The notes beneath the pieces are model-generated. The model did no database searches, had not been told where the DNA came from, and saw only the letters and a list, made by a program, of their open reading frames with translations. A stretch of DNA of 64,000 nt, from contig VXRE01000049.1 of NCBI GenBank assembly GCA_009838635.1, forward strand, positions 13,349-77,348. Reading direction: 5' to 3'. This document shows positions 46,781 through 56,273 of the stretch, piece after piece (position 1 is the first letter of the stretch; each line of letters begins with the position of its first letter). The stretch is from Acidimicrobiia bacterium. GTDB taxonomy: Bacteria > Actinomycetota > Acidimicrobiia > Spongiisociales > Spongiisociaceae. The translations under genes were made by a program, and so were the position numbers.

Positions 46781-47728
46781 ATGGCCGGCGTACCTCTCCG
46801 GGTCTGCCTGTTCAGCGGGGCATCGTCGCTGCCGATACGCATCGCCGACCACCTGGGCCTGCTCTCGGAAGCCGGGCTGGCGGCCGAACTCCATCTGACC
46901 CGAGGCTCCAGAGAGTTGGTGGAGGGTCTGGCGGCCGGTCGCTACGACGTGGTGCATGCCGCCCCGGACAACTTCATCGAGTGGAGCGACCGGACCGGAG
47001 CGGACATCGTGTCCTGGATAGGCGGCACCAGCGGACCCTTGCATCTGATCGGTTCGCCCGAGCTGGCGGGATTGGCGGACCTGGCCGGGCGCGGGATAGC
47101 GGTGGACTCTCCCGACTCGGGGTTTGTCTCGATCCTGATGAAGATCGTGCGGGCGGGAGGATTGGCCGCCGAGGACGTCTCCCTCGTACCGCTCGGCAGC
47201 ACTCAGCTGCGTTACGAGGCGCTGATGGCAGGCCGGACAGCAGCCACCATGCTCGCCCTACCGTGGTCGGCCATGGCCCTGGAGGCCGGTTTCAGCCTCT
47301 TGGGCGACCGCGACCAGGTCCTGCCGGGGATGCAGGGCTCCTCCGGAGCATCCCTCCGGACCTGGCTGGCAGCCCACCCCGACACCGCGGACTCCTACCT
47401 GAAGGCGTTGTGCGCCGCCATCACCTGGCTCAACCACCCCGCGAACCTCGAGGATGCCAACCGGTACATCTGCGAGACATACGGGACGAGTCCCGCCCTG
47501 GCTGACGCGGTCCACCGGTCGATCATGGACCCACGCACAGGTTGGTCGCCCTCGGCGTTCATCGATCCGGCCGGCATGGACATGGTGTGCCGCCTGCGCT
47601 CCGAGAACGGTCGACCACCGGACCGGCCGGCGACCTCCTACTACACCCTGGAACCGTACCGCCGGGTGTTCGGGTTCGGCTTGGGACCTTGTGCGGGTGA
47701 GCCTCCGGAAGATGTGGAGGGTGCCTAG
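46781..47728 (+). CDS. NMT1/THI5-like (SsuA/TauA-fold) protein with no signal peptide, so a predicted cytoplasmic binding-protein-like component
   Basis: Starting from MAGVPLRVCLFSGASSLP, the sequence reads like a periplasmic-binding-protein type II fold but has no leader or lipobox. Confidence 0.5.
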   Translation: MAGVPLRVCLFSGASSLPIRIADHLGLLSEAGLAAELHLTRGSRELVEGLAAGRYDVVHAAPDNFIEWSDRTGADIVSWIGGTSGPLHLIGSPELAGLADLAGRGIAVDSPDSGFVSILMKIVRAGGLAAEDVSLVPLGSTQLRYEALMAGRTAATMLALPWSAMALEAGFSLLGDRDQVLPGMQGSSGASLRTWLAAHPDTADSYLKALCAAITWLNHPANLEDANRYICETYGTSPALADAVHRSIMDPRTGWSPSAFIDPAGMDMVCRLRSENGRPPDRPATSYYTLEPYRRVFGFGLGPCAGEPPEDVEGA

Positions 47729-47789
47729 GCGGCGGGGCCGACCTGCTGATCGGTGAGGCCTATTCGCATTGTCCAGCCGCTCAACTTGT

Positions 47790-47808
47790 TAGTCACAAAA
47801 AATGACTA
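47790..47808. promoter_or_regulatory. Palindrome TAGTCA-N7-TGACTA in a low-GC promoter region upstream of the antitoxin gene. I interpret this as a putative TA autoregulation operator.
   Basis: Read directly: tagtcacaaaaaatgacta. The local AT-rich stretch contrasts with the 67% GC background. Confidence 0.45.
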
Positions 47809-47820
47809 TGTGCTGAACTC

Positions 47821-48117
47821 ATGACCGATCCCGGTCCCTTTCCACCTGAACGATCGGTGGCTGCCGCAGAGTTCAAGGCGCATTGCCTGCGCCTGATGGA
47901 TGACGTCCAGGAGACCGGAACAGCGATCATCGTGACGAAGTACCGCCGGCCCGTTGTACGGATCAGTCCGGTCCGCGAGGACCGCCCTCCGCTGGTCGGA
48001 TCATGTGCGGGGCAGTTGAGGATCATCGCCGACATCGATGTCGACCCGGCGATTCCGCCGGACCATTGGGACATGATCGCTGATCCCGGCCAAACGGAGA
48101 CCGGCGATCCGGTCTGA
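47821..48117 (+). CDS. Type II antitoxin (Phd/YefM-like) partnering the downstream PIN toxin
   Basis: It is 98 aa. The N-terminus AAEFKAHCLRLMDDVQETGTAIIVTKYRRPVVRISP matches the Phd/YefM antitoxin fold. It lies 15 nt upstream of the PIN gene. Confidence 0.55.
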   Translation: MTDPGPFPPERSVAAAEFKAHCLRLMDDVQETGTAIIVTKYRRPVVRISPVREDRPPLVGSCAGQLRIIADIDVDPAIPPDHWDMIADPGQTETGDPV

Positions 48118-48132
48118 CGGCGGAACATCCGG

Positions 48133-48552
48133 GTGAACCTACTCCTGGACACCAACGTCCTGCTCCGGCTTGCCGTCGCCAGCGAATCCGTCCCCGACTC
48201 CTTCAAGAGAGAGGTGGAGTCAGGTCTCGCTCAGGGAAGCGTCGCCGTCTCCGCGATCACTTTCGTGGAGACCACGCGCCTGCACCACCACGGGCGGATC
48301 GATCTGGGATGCCATCCCGGGGTCTGGCGTAGCGAACGGCTTCGATCAGGACTACGCGAAGTCCCGATCGGAGGTGAGATCGCCGTCGAGTCGGTATTGC
48401 TGATGAACGCCGGCTTCCACAATGACCTTGCAGATCAACTGATCGTTGCCACGGCGATGCTGGGAGGGATGCGCCTCGCGACGATGGACGGGAATATCAT
48501 CGCTTGGGCGCAACGGACCCGCCTAGTGGCGCTGCTCGACCCGAGCGCCTAG
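48133..48552 (+). CDS. vapC: PIN-domain toxin (VapC-like ribonuclease)
   Basis: MNLLLDTNVLLRL is the hallmark PIN N-terminus with the first catalytic Asp. Later acidic residues are present (..DLADQLIVATA..), and length is 139 aa. Confidence 0.75.
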   Translation: MNLLLDTNVLLRLAVASESVPDSFKREVESGLAQGSVAVSAITFVETTRLHHHGRIDLGCHPGVWRSERLRSGLREVPIGGEIAVESVLLMNAGFHNDLADQLIVATAMLGGMRLATMDGNIIAWAQRTRLVALLDPSA

Positions 48553-48661
48553 GTGCGGCGTGGATGTCCGGGCTACGCTGGCGGTAGCGGAAGTTGCCTG
48601 CGGGTCCGTGGCCAGGGCCGGGTAACGCGCCGGTGGGACGGATCGCGAGGAGGGGCTCGGA

Positions 48662-49510
48662 ATGACACCGGAACAGATTCTTGCCGAGGCGCCGAGGGTG
48701 TTGACACAGGAACAGAGGGAGTTCTACTTCGAGTCCGGTTACCTGACGGTGGAGTCGCTGATCCCTGACGAGACGGTGGAGAGGATCAAGGAGGCCACCG
48801 CAGAGGCCGTGGAACGTAGCACTCTGATCGCCGAGTCCGACACCGACTTCGACCTGGCGGACGATCACCGCGCTGACTCACCGAAGGTGCGCAGGCTCAA
48901 GGGGGCGGACAGCCATCACGAGACCTATTGGGACTTCGCCAAGGGTCTGGTCGCAGACGTGGCGGCCGATCTGGTCGGGCCCGACGTGGTGTTCCACCAC
49001 GCCAAGCTCAACTTCAAGCATGCCGGTGGTTCCCACATCAAGAAGTGGCATCAAGACATTCCCTTCCACCCGCACACCAACTACAACATGGTGACCATCG
49101 GAACCTTGCTCACCGATACGGAGGTCAAGGATGGTCCGCTGGTCATGGTGCCCGGCAGCAACAACGGCCCGGTGTACGACCACTACGACCTGGAAGGCAA
49201 CTGGGTAGGGGCCCTGTCGTCCGAGGATGTCGCAGCCATCGATGAGGACAGCGTGGCGTATCTCACCGGCCCGGCGGGGACGATAACGGTCCACAACTGC
49301 CGGACGGTCCACAGCTCGCCGGCTCCAAGCGAGGATGCGGTCGGACGGCCGCTGCTTCTCAACATCTACGCGGCAGCCGACGCCATGCCCTATACCGCCA
49401 ATCCGATGCCGACGGGCCACAGCGGGACTGTGGTTCGCGGCAGTCCTGCGCGCTGGGCCCACCATGATCCGAGGCCGGCTTTGTTGCCGCCCTGGGCCAA
49501 GGGCGGCTGA
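48662..49510 (+). CDS. Phytanoyl-CoA dioxygenase (PhyH) family Fe(II)/2-oxoglutarate-dependent oxygenase
   Basis: The facial triad is WHQDIPFHP (HxD) with a distal His in TVHNCRTVHSS, matching the PhyH-like profile. Confidence 0.7.
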   Translation: MTPEQILAEAPRVLTQEQREFYFESGYLTVESLIPDETVERIKEATAEAVERSTLIAESDTDFDLADDHRADSPKVRRLKGADSHHETYWDFAKGLVADVAADLVGPDVVFHHAKLNFKHAGGSHIKKWHQDIPFHPHTNYNMVTIGTLLTDTEVKDGPLVMVPGSNNGPVYDHYDLEGNWVGALSSEDVAAIDEDSVAYLTGPAGTITVHNCRTVHSSPAPSEDAVGRPLLLNIYAAADAMPYTANPMPTGHSGTVVRGSPARWAHHDPRPALLPPWAKGG

Positions 49511-49649
49511 GCCGGCCTACGGGCGACCGCACCCCGAGGCCACTCTCGCGCCTGCCCTCATCCCGCGCTGCGGGCGGATGGAGCACACGCTCGCCCACCT
49601 GGGATTGATCTTCGGTCCCCCCGGCACGTCTCCATGCTGTCCGGCTCGG

Positions 49650-51377
49650 CTACGAGGCGTCTACCTTGACGGTGACTATCTCCGCCCCGTGGAACTTGCG
49701 GTGCCGCACCGAGGAGGCATAGTGCCTCAGGAGACGGAAGGAGATCTCCCGCTCGTCGGGTTCATCGGCTCGTTCGTCGAGGTAGGCGAGCCGATCCTCG
49801 AGGTTGTCGTCTGAGAGGACGACGATGAAGTCCATCTCGAGGACTCGGTTGTCGGGACGCGCCACGATCACGAGCCGTGGTGGAGTGTCCCCTGCCTCCC
49901 GGTCGGAGGGTTGCAGGAGGCTCGACAGGGTCTCCTCGCCGGCAGCCCGGAGCCGTTCGACCGATGAGGAATTCCATCCCAGGCTGACAGCCAGGTTGTT
50001 GAGGTGGTTGTCTATGTCGGGCAGGGCTGACATGTCCAGCCTGACCTCGAGGCGGGTACGGCGGCGACCGGTGGCCTCGATGACCAACGTGAGAAGCAGC
50101 GCCACGAGCCCCCCGGACATCATCCCCGAGTCCAGCGAGGCGCCCCACGTCTCGCCGAGCAGGTCGCTGAAGACGGTGCGGCCTTCCAGTCCCATTCCGA
50201 TCGAGAGCGCCAGCGCCACCACCAAGCCCTTCCGGTAATCGAGACCGTCGCGGAGCACCGTCCTCATGCCTTCGAGGAACAGCATTCCCATCAGGACCAG
50301 CAGGTAGGCGGCCGCCACGGGACCGGGAACGGTAAGCAGGAACGCCATGAGCTTTGGAGAGAACGCAAGTGCCGCCAGGCACGCGCCGATCAGGTATCCG
50401 ACGCGGCGGTACGCCACTCCGGTGAGGCCGACCAGAACGCTGCTCTGGGCCGACATGATCGTGGTCGGCGGGACCCCCACGAGTCCGGCTGCCAGCACGC
50501 CCAGCCCGTTGACGTTCAGAGCTCCCTGGACGAGCCGGAAGTCGGCGGCGCGGGGTCTGCGCCGGGACACCTGTTGGACAACCACGGCATCGCCGATGTT
50601 CTTGATGCCCACCACCAGGCTGACGATCAGGAAGACAGGCAGTAGCGCCCAGAACTCCGCTCCTGGCGTCAGGTCGAGCGCGGGCAGGTCGGGTGAGGGG
50701 ACACCGATCCAGGACGCGTCGAGTACCGGCCGGAAGTCGTAGCTCCCGAACAGCGCCGACGCCGCGGAGCCGGCCGCTATCCCGATGAGCGGCGTCCACA
50801 GCCGCCACACACCCGACGCCAGCAGCGCCAGAACCGCAGTCACCCCCAAGGCGACGGCCGCCGCGACCGGGCCGGCTGCGGGCGACCCGCCGGACGCAAC
50901 CTCGTCGATCCTGTCGAAGGCGATCGGCATGATGCCGGCGGCTATCAGCATCAAGGCCGTGCCGGACACGACCGGGGTGATCAGCCCCCGCAGCGAAGGA
51001 AGCCACCTGGCGAGCGACAACTGCGTGACCGCCACCACCATTGTCAAGCTCGCCAGCAACGCCGGTCCCCCGGCGGCGAGCGCCAGGACCGAAATCCCCA
51101 GATAGCTCAACGAAACGCAGGTGAAGACAATGCCCCCCGCCCCGACCCGTCCCAGGCGGCCCGCCTGGAGAGCCGTCGCACCCCCACTCACCAGCAGAGC
51201 TGCGAACACCGCCCACGACAGGTACCTGTCGTTCTCTCCGGCCGCCAGAGATGTGATCACCACGATGACGACCACGGTGGGCAGGATGAGCATGACCCCC
51301 TGCATCGCCACGGCGGCAGCAACCGGAAGGGGACAGGAATCGTCGGGGTCGTACCGGATGTTCTCGTTGACCCGCAC
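49650..51377 (-). CDS. Multi-TM permease (NCS2/SulP-like transporter) with a roughly 130-aa cytoplasmic C-terminal extension
   Basis: About 12-14 hydrophobic helices are followed by a soluble acidic tail, giving 575 aa. The family assignment is tentative. Confidence 0.45.
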   Translation of the reverse strand: MRVNENIRYDPDDSCPLPVAAAVAMQGVMLILPTVVVIVVITSLAAGENDRYLSWAVFAALLVSGGATALQAGRLGRVGAGGIVFTCVSLSYLGISVLALAAGGPALLASLTMVVAVTQLSLARWLPSLRGLITPVVSGTALMLIAAGIMPIAFDRIDEVASGGSPAAGPVAAAVALGVTAVLALLASGVWRLWTPLIGIAAGSAASALFGSYDFRPVLDASWIGVPSPDLPALDLTPGAEFWALLPVFLIVSLVVGIKNIGDAVVVQQVSRRRPRAADFRLVQGALNVNGLGVLAAGLVGVPPTTIMSAQSSVLVGLTGVAYRRVGYLIGACLAALAFSPKLMAFLLTVPGPVAAAYLLVLMGMLFLEGMRTVLRDGLDYRKGLVVALALSIGMGLEGRTVFSDLLGETWGASLDSGMMSGGLVALLLTLVIEATGRRRTRLEVRLDMSALPDIDNHLNNLAVSLGWNSSSVERLRAAGEETLSSLLQPSDREAGDTPPRLVIVARPDNRVLEMDFIVVLSDDNLEDRLAYLDERADEPDEREISFRLLRHYASSVRHRKFHGAEIVTVKVDAS

Positions 51378-51552
51378 TCTGCCGTACTACCCCTCGAGGT
51401 TGACCGGTGCTGAACCCCACCCATCATGGTAGTTCGCTAGGATTGGTCAAGCTCCCCGCCGTTGACACCGTCAGTGAGTCGCGTCCGAAGGATCGGTGCC
51501 TCCCGCGTGGACGGATCAGCCCAGTGAGAAGGGGGACCAGCACAGTGGCAGC

Positions 51553-51832
51553 ATATGCAATCATCACGACCGAGGTACGGGACGAGGCAAAGCACGCGGA
51601 GTTCCTGGCCGGCGCCGCGGAGACGATCATGGCTCATGGCGGCAGGTTCCTGGTGCGCGGAGGGAAGATGGAAACGGCTGCGGGCGATTGGGCACCGGGC
51701 CGCGTAGCGGTGATCGAGTTCGGAAGCTACGAAGAGGCGATGCGCTGGGAGAACTCCTCGGAACTGGGGGCTATCAAGGCCCTCCGGGACGAGTCGGCAG
51801 ATGTCAGCAAGATCATCGTCGAGGGCGTGTAG
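51553..51832 (+). CDS. DUF1330-like small protein
   Basis: AYAIITTEVRDEAKHAEFLAGAAETIMAHGGRFLVRGG...IEFGSYEEAMRWENS matches the DUF1330 pattern. The start is uncertain (a GTG after AAGGGGGA). Confidence 0.45.
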
Positions 51833-51985
51833 CCGGCACTACCCATCGGACCAACCCGTATAGCCAGGCTTAACACCGACCTCCGCTGAACCGCTGCGAC
51901 GGGCCTTGGATGTCCGCGGCGGTCCCGAAGACCGGCTCCTTGCTTCTGGATGCCCGCGCAACGTGGTGCGGAAGCCTTAGGGGAG

Positions 51986-54346
51986 TCACCACCTCTCCAT
52001 CCCGGCGGCCTGCCCGCGGGACGCCGCTTCGGCCTCGCGGATGTATCTCAGTATCTTCTCCGGCTGAAGGGGCATCTCCGTGATGCGCAGGTCGAGGGGG
52101 TGGAGGGCGTCCTCGACCGCGTTGGCGATGGCCGCCGGGGCACCCACCGTTCCCCCCTCGCCGCATCCCTTGATCCCCAGGTCGTTCAGCCCGGAGGGGA
52201 ACTCCTGGTGGTGGACCTCGATGGGCGGAACGTCGATGGCCCGCGGGAGCCGGTAGTCGACGAAGCTGCCGCTGAGGAGGTTGCCGGCTTCGTCGTAGAC
52301 CGCCTCTTCCGACAGCGCGTTGCCGATCCCGTGCACCACGCCCCCCACGATCTGACCCTCCACCACCGCCGGGTTGATGATGTTTCCCGCATCGTGGGCT
52401 ATCACGTAGCGTTCCAACTCGACCTGGCCCGTGTCACGGTCCACCTCGAGGGTGACGACGTGGGTTCCAGAGGCCCACGTCACGGTCGGCGACGCGAAGG
52501 AGTCCATCGCCTCCAAGCCCGCTCTCCCACCGGTGCACTCCCCGTCGCCGGTCGTCCGGGCCAACTCTGCGAGGGTCGTGATCCGGGCGCCGGCGCCGTC
52601 CCGGATGACCCCGCCGAACACGGTCAGTCCGTCCACTTCCACGCCATGGAGGTGGGCGGCCATCTTGATGGCCTTCTTTCGGAGCTTCCGGGCCGCACCC
52701 GCCACCGCCATGCTGCCGGTGACCGCGGTCCGGCTGGCGAACGTGCCGCCTCCCTGCCGGATCAGGGCGGTGTCGCCATCCCTTAGGGAGATCGTCTCGA
52801 TATCCACACCCAGGGCATCGGCGCACACCTGAGCGAGGGTGGTCTCGTGGCTCTGGCCGTGGTTGTTGGACCCGCTCAGGATCGTCACCGCTCCCGACCC
52901 GTCGACCCGCACGATGGCGCTCTCGGGGGGGCCGAAGCCCGTCCCCTCCATATGGGCGGATATACCTATCCCGACGTGGCGGCCCTCGGCCCGCAGGCGG
53001 GCCTGGCGGGCGCGGAACTCCTGGTAGTCGATCGCCTCCAGCGCCATCTCGAGCTGGGCGGGAAAGTCGCCGCTGTCGTACACGGACGGCTTGCCGTCAC
53101 GGTAGGGCACCCCGGTGTCGAACGGCATGGCATCAGCGGGAATGAGGTTGACCCTCCTCACGTCCGCCGGATCCAGGTCGAGCCGCCGGGCGACCCTCTC
53201 CAGAACCCTCTCGATCACGAAGGCGGCCGTGACCCGCCCCGCTCCCCTGGCCGGGGCGTTGGGAGTCTTGTTGGTGATCACGCAAGTCGCCGCGGCCTCG
53301 TAGTTGTCGATCCGGTACTGGCTCTTCAGATGGGAGATCGTGTTGTACGGCACCACCAGGCCGTAGAAGTTGGCGATGCCCATGTCCACGAGGATCCGGT
53401 CACGGAGGGCGAGGAGGCGGCCCCGGCTGTCGAACCCCACCTCGACATCATGGACCTGGTCTCGGGCGTGGCGGGCGTTGACCAGGTTCTCCGTCCGGTC
53501 TTCGACCCAACGCACCGGGCGGCCTACCCGCCGGGCGAGATACGGGATCAGGATGTCCTCGTAGTAGACGCCCCCGCCGAAGCTGCCACCCATGTCCGGG
53601 CAGATGACCCGGATGCGGTCCTCGGCCACTCCGAGAATCCCCCCGATCACCTTGCGGGCGAGGTGCTGCATCTGGGTGGCAGACCAGACGGTCAGGCCCT
53701 CCACCGGGTCGAAACGGGCCAGCACCGCCCTGGGTCCCAGGGGGCTCCCGATCTGCCGCCGGATCGTGAACCCGAACCTGGCGGTGTGATCGGCGGCTGC
53801 CATCGCCCCGTCCGGATCCCCGACCACCACCCCGACCCGGCTCTGCACGTTGTCTCCCAGCTCGTCGTGAATGACCGGCGCCTCCGGCCGTAAGCCGGCT
53901 TCGGGGTCGAGCACCGGTTCCAGCGGTTCGTAGTCGACCCGGATGAGCCGGGCGGCGTCCTCGGCCAGGTAGCGGTCTTCCGCCACAACCAGCGCGACCG
54001 GCTCACCGACCCTCCTTACCCGTCCGGCGGCCAGGAGCGGCACGTCGTGGCCTTTCTCGAGCGGCTGGAGCAGGTTGGCGAATGCGGGCGGTGACTTGTG
54101 GTACGGGCGGTAGACGCCGGTATCGGTCAGGTCGTCGGCGGTGATCACCGCGACCACGCCGGGCGCTGCAGCTGCCTCCGAGATGTCGATGTGTCGGATC
54201 AGGGCATGGGCGTGGGGGCTGCGCTTGACGACCGCTTCCGCGGCATCGGGGAGCCGGACATCGGGTACGTAGACCCCCTCGCCTTTGAGGAACCGGCTGT
54301 CCTCCCTGCGGAGGACCGGCCTGCCGAAGACGGCGCCGGTCCTCAT
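51986..54346 (-). CDS. Xanthine-dehydrogenase family molybdopterin-binding large subunit (CoxL-like)
   Basis: It starts at MRTGAVFGRPVLRREDSRFLKGEG (the canonical CoxL N-terminus). It has the MGGSFGGG motif and form-II-type ARGAGR. The ORF-track extension to 54850 is a different-frame read of the small-subunit gene. Confidence 0.8.
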   Translation of the reverse strand: MRTGAVFGRPVLRREDSRFLKGEGVYVPDVRLPDAAEAVVKRSPHAHALIRHIDISEAAAAPGVVAVITADDLTDTGVYRPYHKSPPAFANLLQPLEKGHDVPLLAAGRVRRVGEPVALVVAEDRYLAEDAARLIRVDYEPLEPVLDPEAGLRPEAPVIHDELGDNVQSRVGVVVGDPDGAMAAADHTARFGFTIRRQIGSPLGPRAVLARFDPVEGLTVWSATQMQHLARKVIGGILGVAEDRIRVICPDMGGSFGGGVYYEDILIPYLARRVGRPVRWVEDRTENLVNARHARDQVHDVEVGFDSRGRLLALRDRILVDMGIANFYGLVVPYNTISHLKSQYRIDNYEAAATCVITNKTPNAPARGAGRVTAAFVIERVLERVARRLDLDPADVRRVNLIPADAMPFDTGVPYRDGKPSVYDSGDFPAQLEMALEAIDYQEFRARQARLRAEGRHVGIGISAHMEGTGFGPPESAIVRVDGSGAVTILSGSNNHGQSHETTLAQVCADALGVDIETISLRDGDTALIRQGGGTFASRTAVTGSMAVAGAARKLRKKAIKMAAHLHGVEVDGLTVFGGVIRDGAGARITTLAELARTTGDGECTGGRAGLEAMDSFASPTVTWASGTHVVTLEVDRDTGQVELERYVIAHDAGNIINPAVVEGQIVGGVVHGIGNALSEEAVYDEAGNLLSGSFVDYRLPRAIDVPPIEVHHQEFPSGLNDLGIKGCGEGGTVGAPAAIANAVEDALHPLDLRITEMPLQPEKILRYIREAEAASRGQAAGMERW

Positions 54347-54840
54347 GGGTCCTCGTGTCCCGAGCCGGAGCGGGCTGCCTGCATGGCCGCCGCAACCATG
54401 CTCTGGTACCCGGTACACCGGCACAGGTTGCCGTTGAGGCGGGTCCGGACCTCGACCTCGGAGGGTGGAGCGGACGGGTCCCGGTCCTCCAGCAGCGAGA
54501 ACAGGTTCACCAGGACACCGGGGGTGCAGAAGCCGCACTGGAGCGCGAAGTTCTCGTGGAAGGCGGCCTGGAGGCCGGTCATGGTCGGATCGCCGTCCAG
54601 CCCCTCCAGCGTGGTGATGGATCGACCCTCTGCCTGGACGGCGAGGATCAGGCACGACGTGGACGGCTCCCCGTCCAGGAGCACGGTGCAGGCACCGCAG
54701 ATTCCCTCCTCGCACCCGAGGTGGATGCTGTGCAGTTCCATGCGCTCCCTCAACACATCGGCGAGGATCAGGCGGGGTTCGACCGCCAAGGCGTGCTCGA
54801 CGCCGTTGACGAGCAGCGTCACCTGGACGGTCTCGGTCAC
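54343..54840 (-). CDS. (2Fe-2S)-binding small subunit of molybdenum hydroxylase (CoxS-like)
   Basis: The two Cys clusters are CEEGICGACTV and CGFCTPG...CRCTGY. Length is 165 aa, and the gene overlaps the large-subunit start. Confidence 0.85.
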   Translation of the reverse strand: MTETVQVTLLVNGVEHALAVEPRLILADVLRERMELHSIHLGCEEGICGACTVLLDGEPSTSCLILAVQAEGRSITTLEGLDGDPTMTGLQAAFHENFALQCGFCTPGVLVNLFSLLEDRDPSAPPSEVEVRTRLNGNLCRCTGYQSMVAAAMQAARSGSGHEDP

Positions 54841-55718
54841 GGCCGGTCACCCTCCGCCCTCACCAGCGCCGATCGCAGGGCGCGGGCTACCACCACCGGC
54901 GCCACCCGCCGCCGGTACTCCTCGGAACCGTGGATGTCCCCGATCGGAGCGATGTCGTTCTCCACGGCTTGCGCGGCCGCTTCGATGCCGACCGAGGCCT
55001 CACTGCCGCTCAGTGCGGCCTCGACCGACGGAGCACGGCACGGCGTGGGGGCGAGCCCGATCAGAGCCACCCGGGCGCTCTCCACGCAGGGGCCGTCGAG
55101 ACTGACAGCCGCGGCCGCTCCGGCCACTGCCGGGTCACCGGGGCGGGGCGCCACCTCGGAGAAGGCAGCACCGGTACAGGATGGGGGCAGCGAGAGGGTC
55201 AACGAGGTGATGATCTCCGAGCCGGCCAGGCTGGTCGAGTAAGGGCCGGTGAACAACCCTTCGACCCCCAGCTCCCGCTCTCCGCCAGGTCCGGCCACCC
55301 GGCAGACCCCGTCCAGGACGAGGGCGACCGCGCCCCACTCGGCGGAGGGATCAGCGTGGGCCAGGCTTCCGATCACCGTGCCGATCGCCCTGACCGAATG
55401 GTGGCCGATGTGCGCGGCGGCATCGACGAGGAGATCCTGCCCCTGGTCGGAGGCCCAACGCTGGAGGGCATGGTGCGTCACCATCGCCCCCAGCCTGAGC
55501 CTACGGGCGTCGTCGAGGCAGATGTCGCGCAACCCGTCGATCCGGCGGAGATCTATCAGCGCCTCCGGTTCGAGCAGGCGGTGACGGAGCATCGGAATGA
55601 GGCTCTGCCCCCCGGCCAGCACGCGGGCCCGGCCCCCGGAGCTATCCAACAGGTCGGTCGCCTCACGGACGGTGGCCGGCGCGGCGTAGCTGAACCGTGG
55701 GGGCTTCACGTGTTTAGA
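54837..55718 (-). CDS. FAD-binding medium subunit of molybdenum hydroxylase (CoxM-like)
   Basis: A GTG start at VKPPRFSYAAP is followed by the FAD motif VLAGGQSLIPML. Length is about 293 aa. Confidence 0.75.
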   Translation of the reverse strand, partial: SKHVKPPRFSYAAPATVREATDLLDSSGGRARVLAGGQSLIPMLRHRLLEPEALIDLRRIDGLRDICLDDARRLRLGAMVTHHALQRWASDQGQDLLVDAAAHIGHHSVRAIGTVIGSLAHADPSAEWGAVALVLDGVCRVAGPGGERELGVEGLFTGPYSTSLAGSEIITSLTLSLPPSCTGAAFSEVAPRPGDPAVAGAAAAVSLDGPCVESARVALIGLAPTPCRAPSVEAALSGSEASVGIEAAAQAVENDIAPIGDIHGSEEYRRRVAPVVVARALRSALVRAEGDRP

Positions 55719-55807
55719 GTATCCGATCGGAGCGCGGCCCGGCCGCCGGGATGGCAAACAGGACTTCAGTGCGCTCCAGGTGCCGGGAGAGCGGGAGGAG
55801 CAGCGGT

Positions 55808-56207
55808 GGAAGACCTTGCGATGGGGTTGCTGCGAGGCACGATGGGCGCCGTCTTCATGGCCCACGGCTGGCCCAAGATCTTCAGGAGCGCCGATACGGG
55901 ACATGGCCCGCGCCGGACCGAGAACCTCCTGCGGAGCAAGGGCGTTCCCTATCCGGCCGCGGTGGCGCTGCTGGCCGGATATGTCGAGACGTTGTGCGGG
56001 CTCCTGCTGGTCGTCGGCCTGCTGACCCGCGTGGCGGTCATCCCGCTCATCGTGATCCTCATCCTGGCCATACCGATGGTTAAGTGGAAGCAGGGCTTCG
56101 TGGACGGCTGGGACTGGCCCTTCACGCTCATCATCGTGGGCATCGTCCTGCTCATCCAGGGCCCGGGTGGGATGAGCATCGACGCTCTGGTCGGCTGGGC
56201 CGGTTGA
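55808..56207 (+). CDS. DoxX-family membrane protein
   Basis: ..AHGWPKIF...AALLAGYVETLCGLLLVVGLLTR.. is a typical DoxX motif. A GTG start is preceded by GGGAGGAG. Confidence 0.6.
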
Positions 56208-56273
56208 AGACCTGTGCCACCGGACCGAACCCATCACAACCCGAGCATTCCGAGGTAGAAGGAGAACCCGATC

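Noticed and set aside
51400-51450. TTGACC ... GGTCAA inverted hexamers 40 bp apart between the divergent permease and DUF1330 genes
   Set aside because: They are short and widely spaced, so they could be chance. They may include a -35 like TTGACC, but there is not enough support to call an operator.
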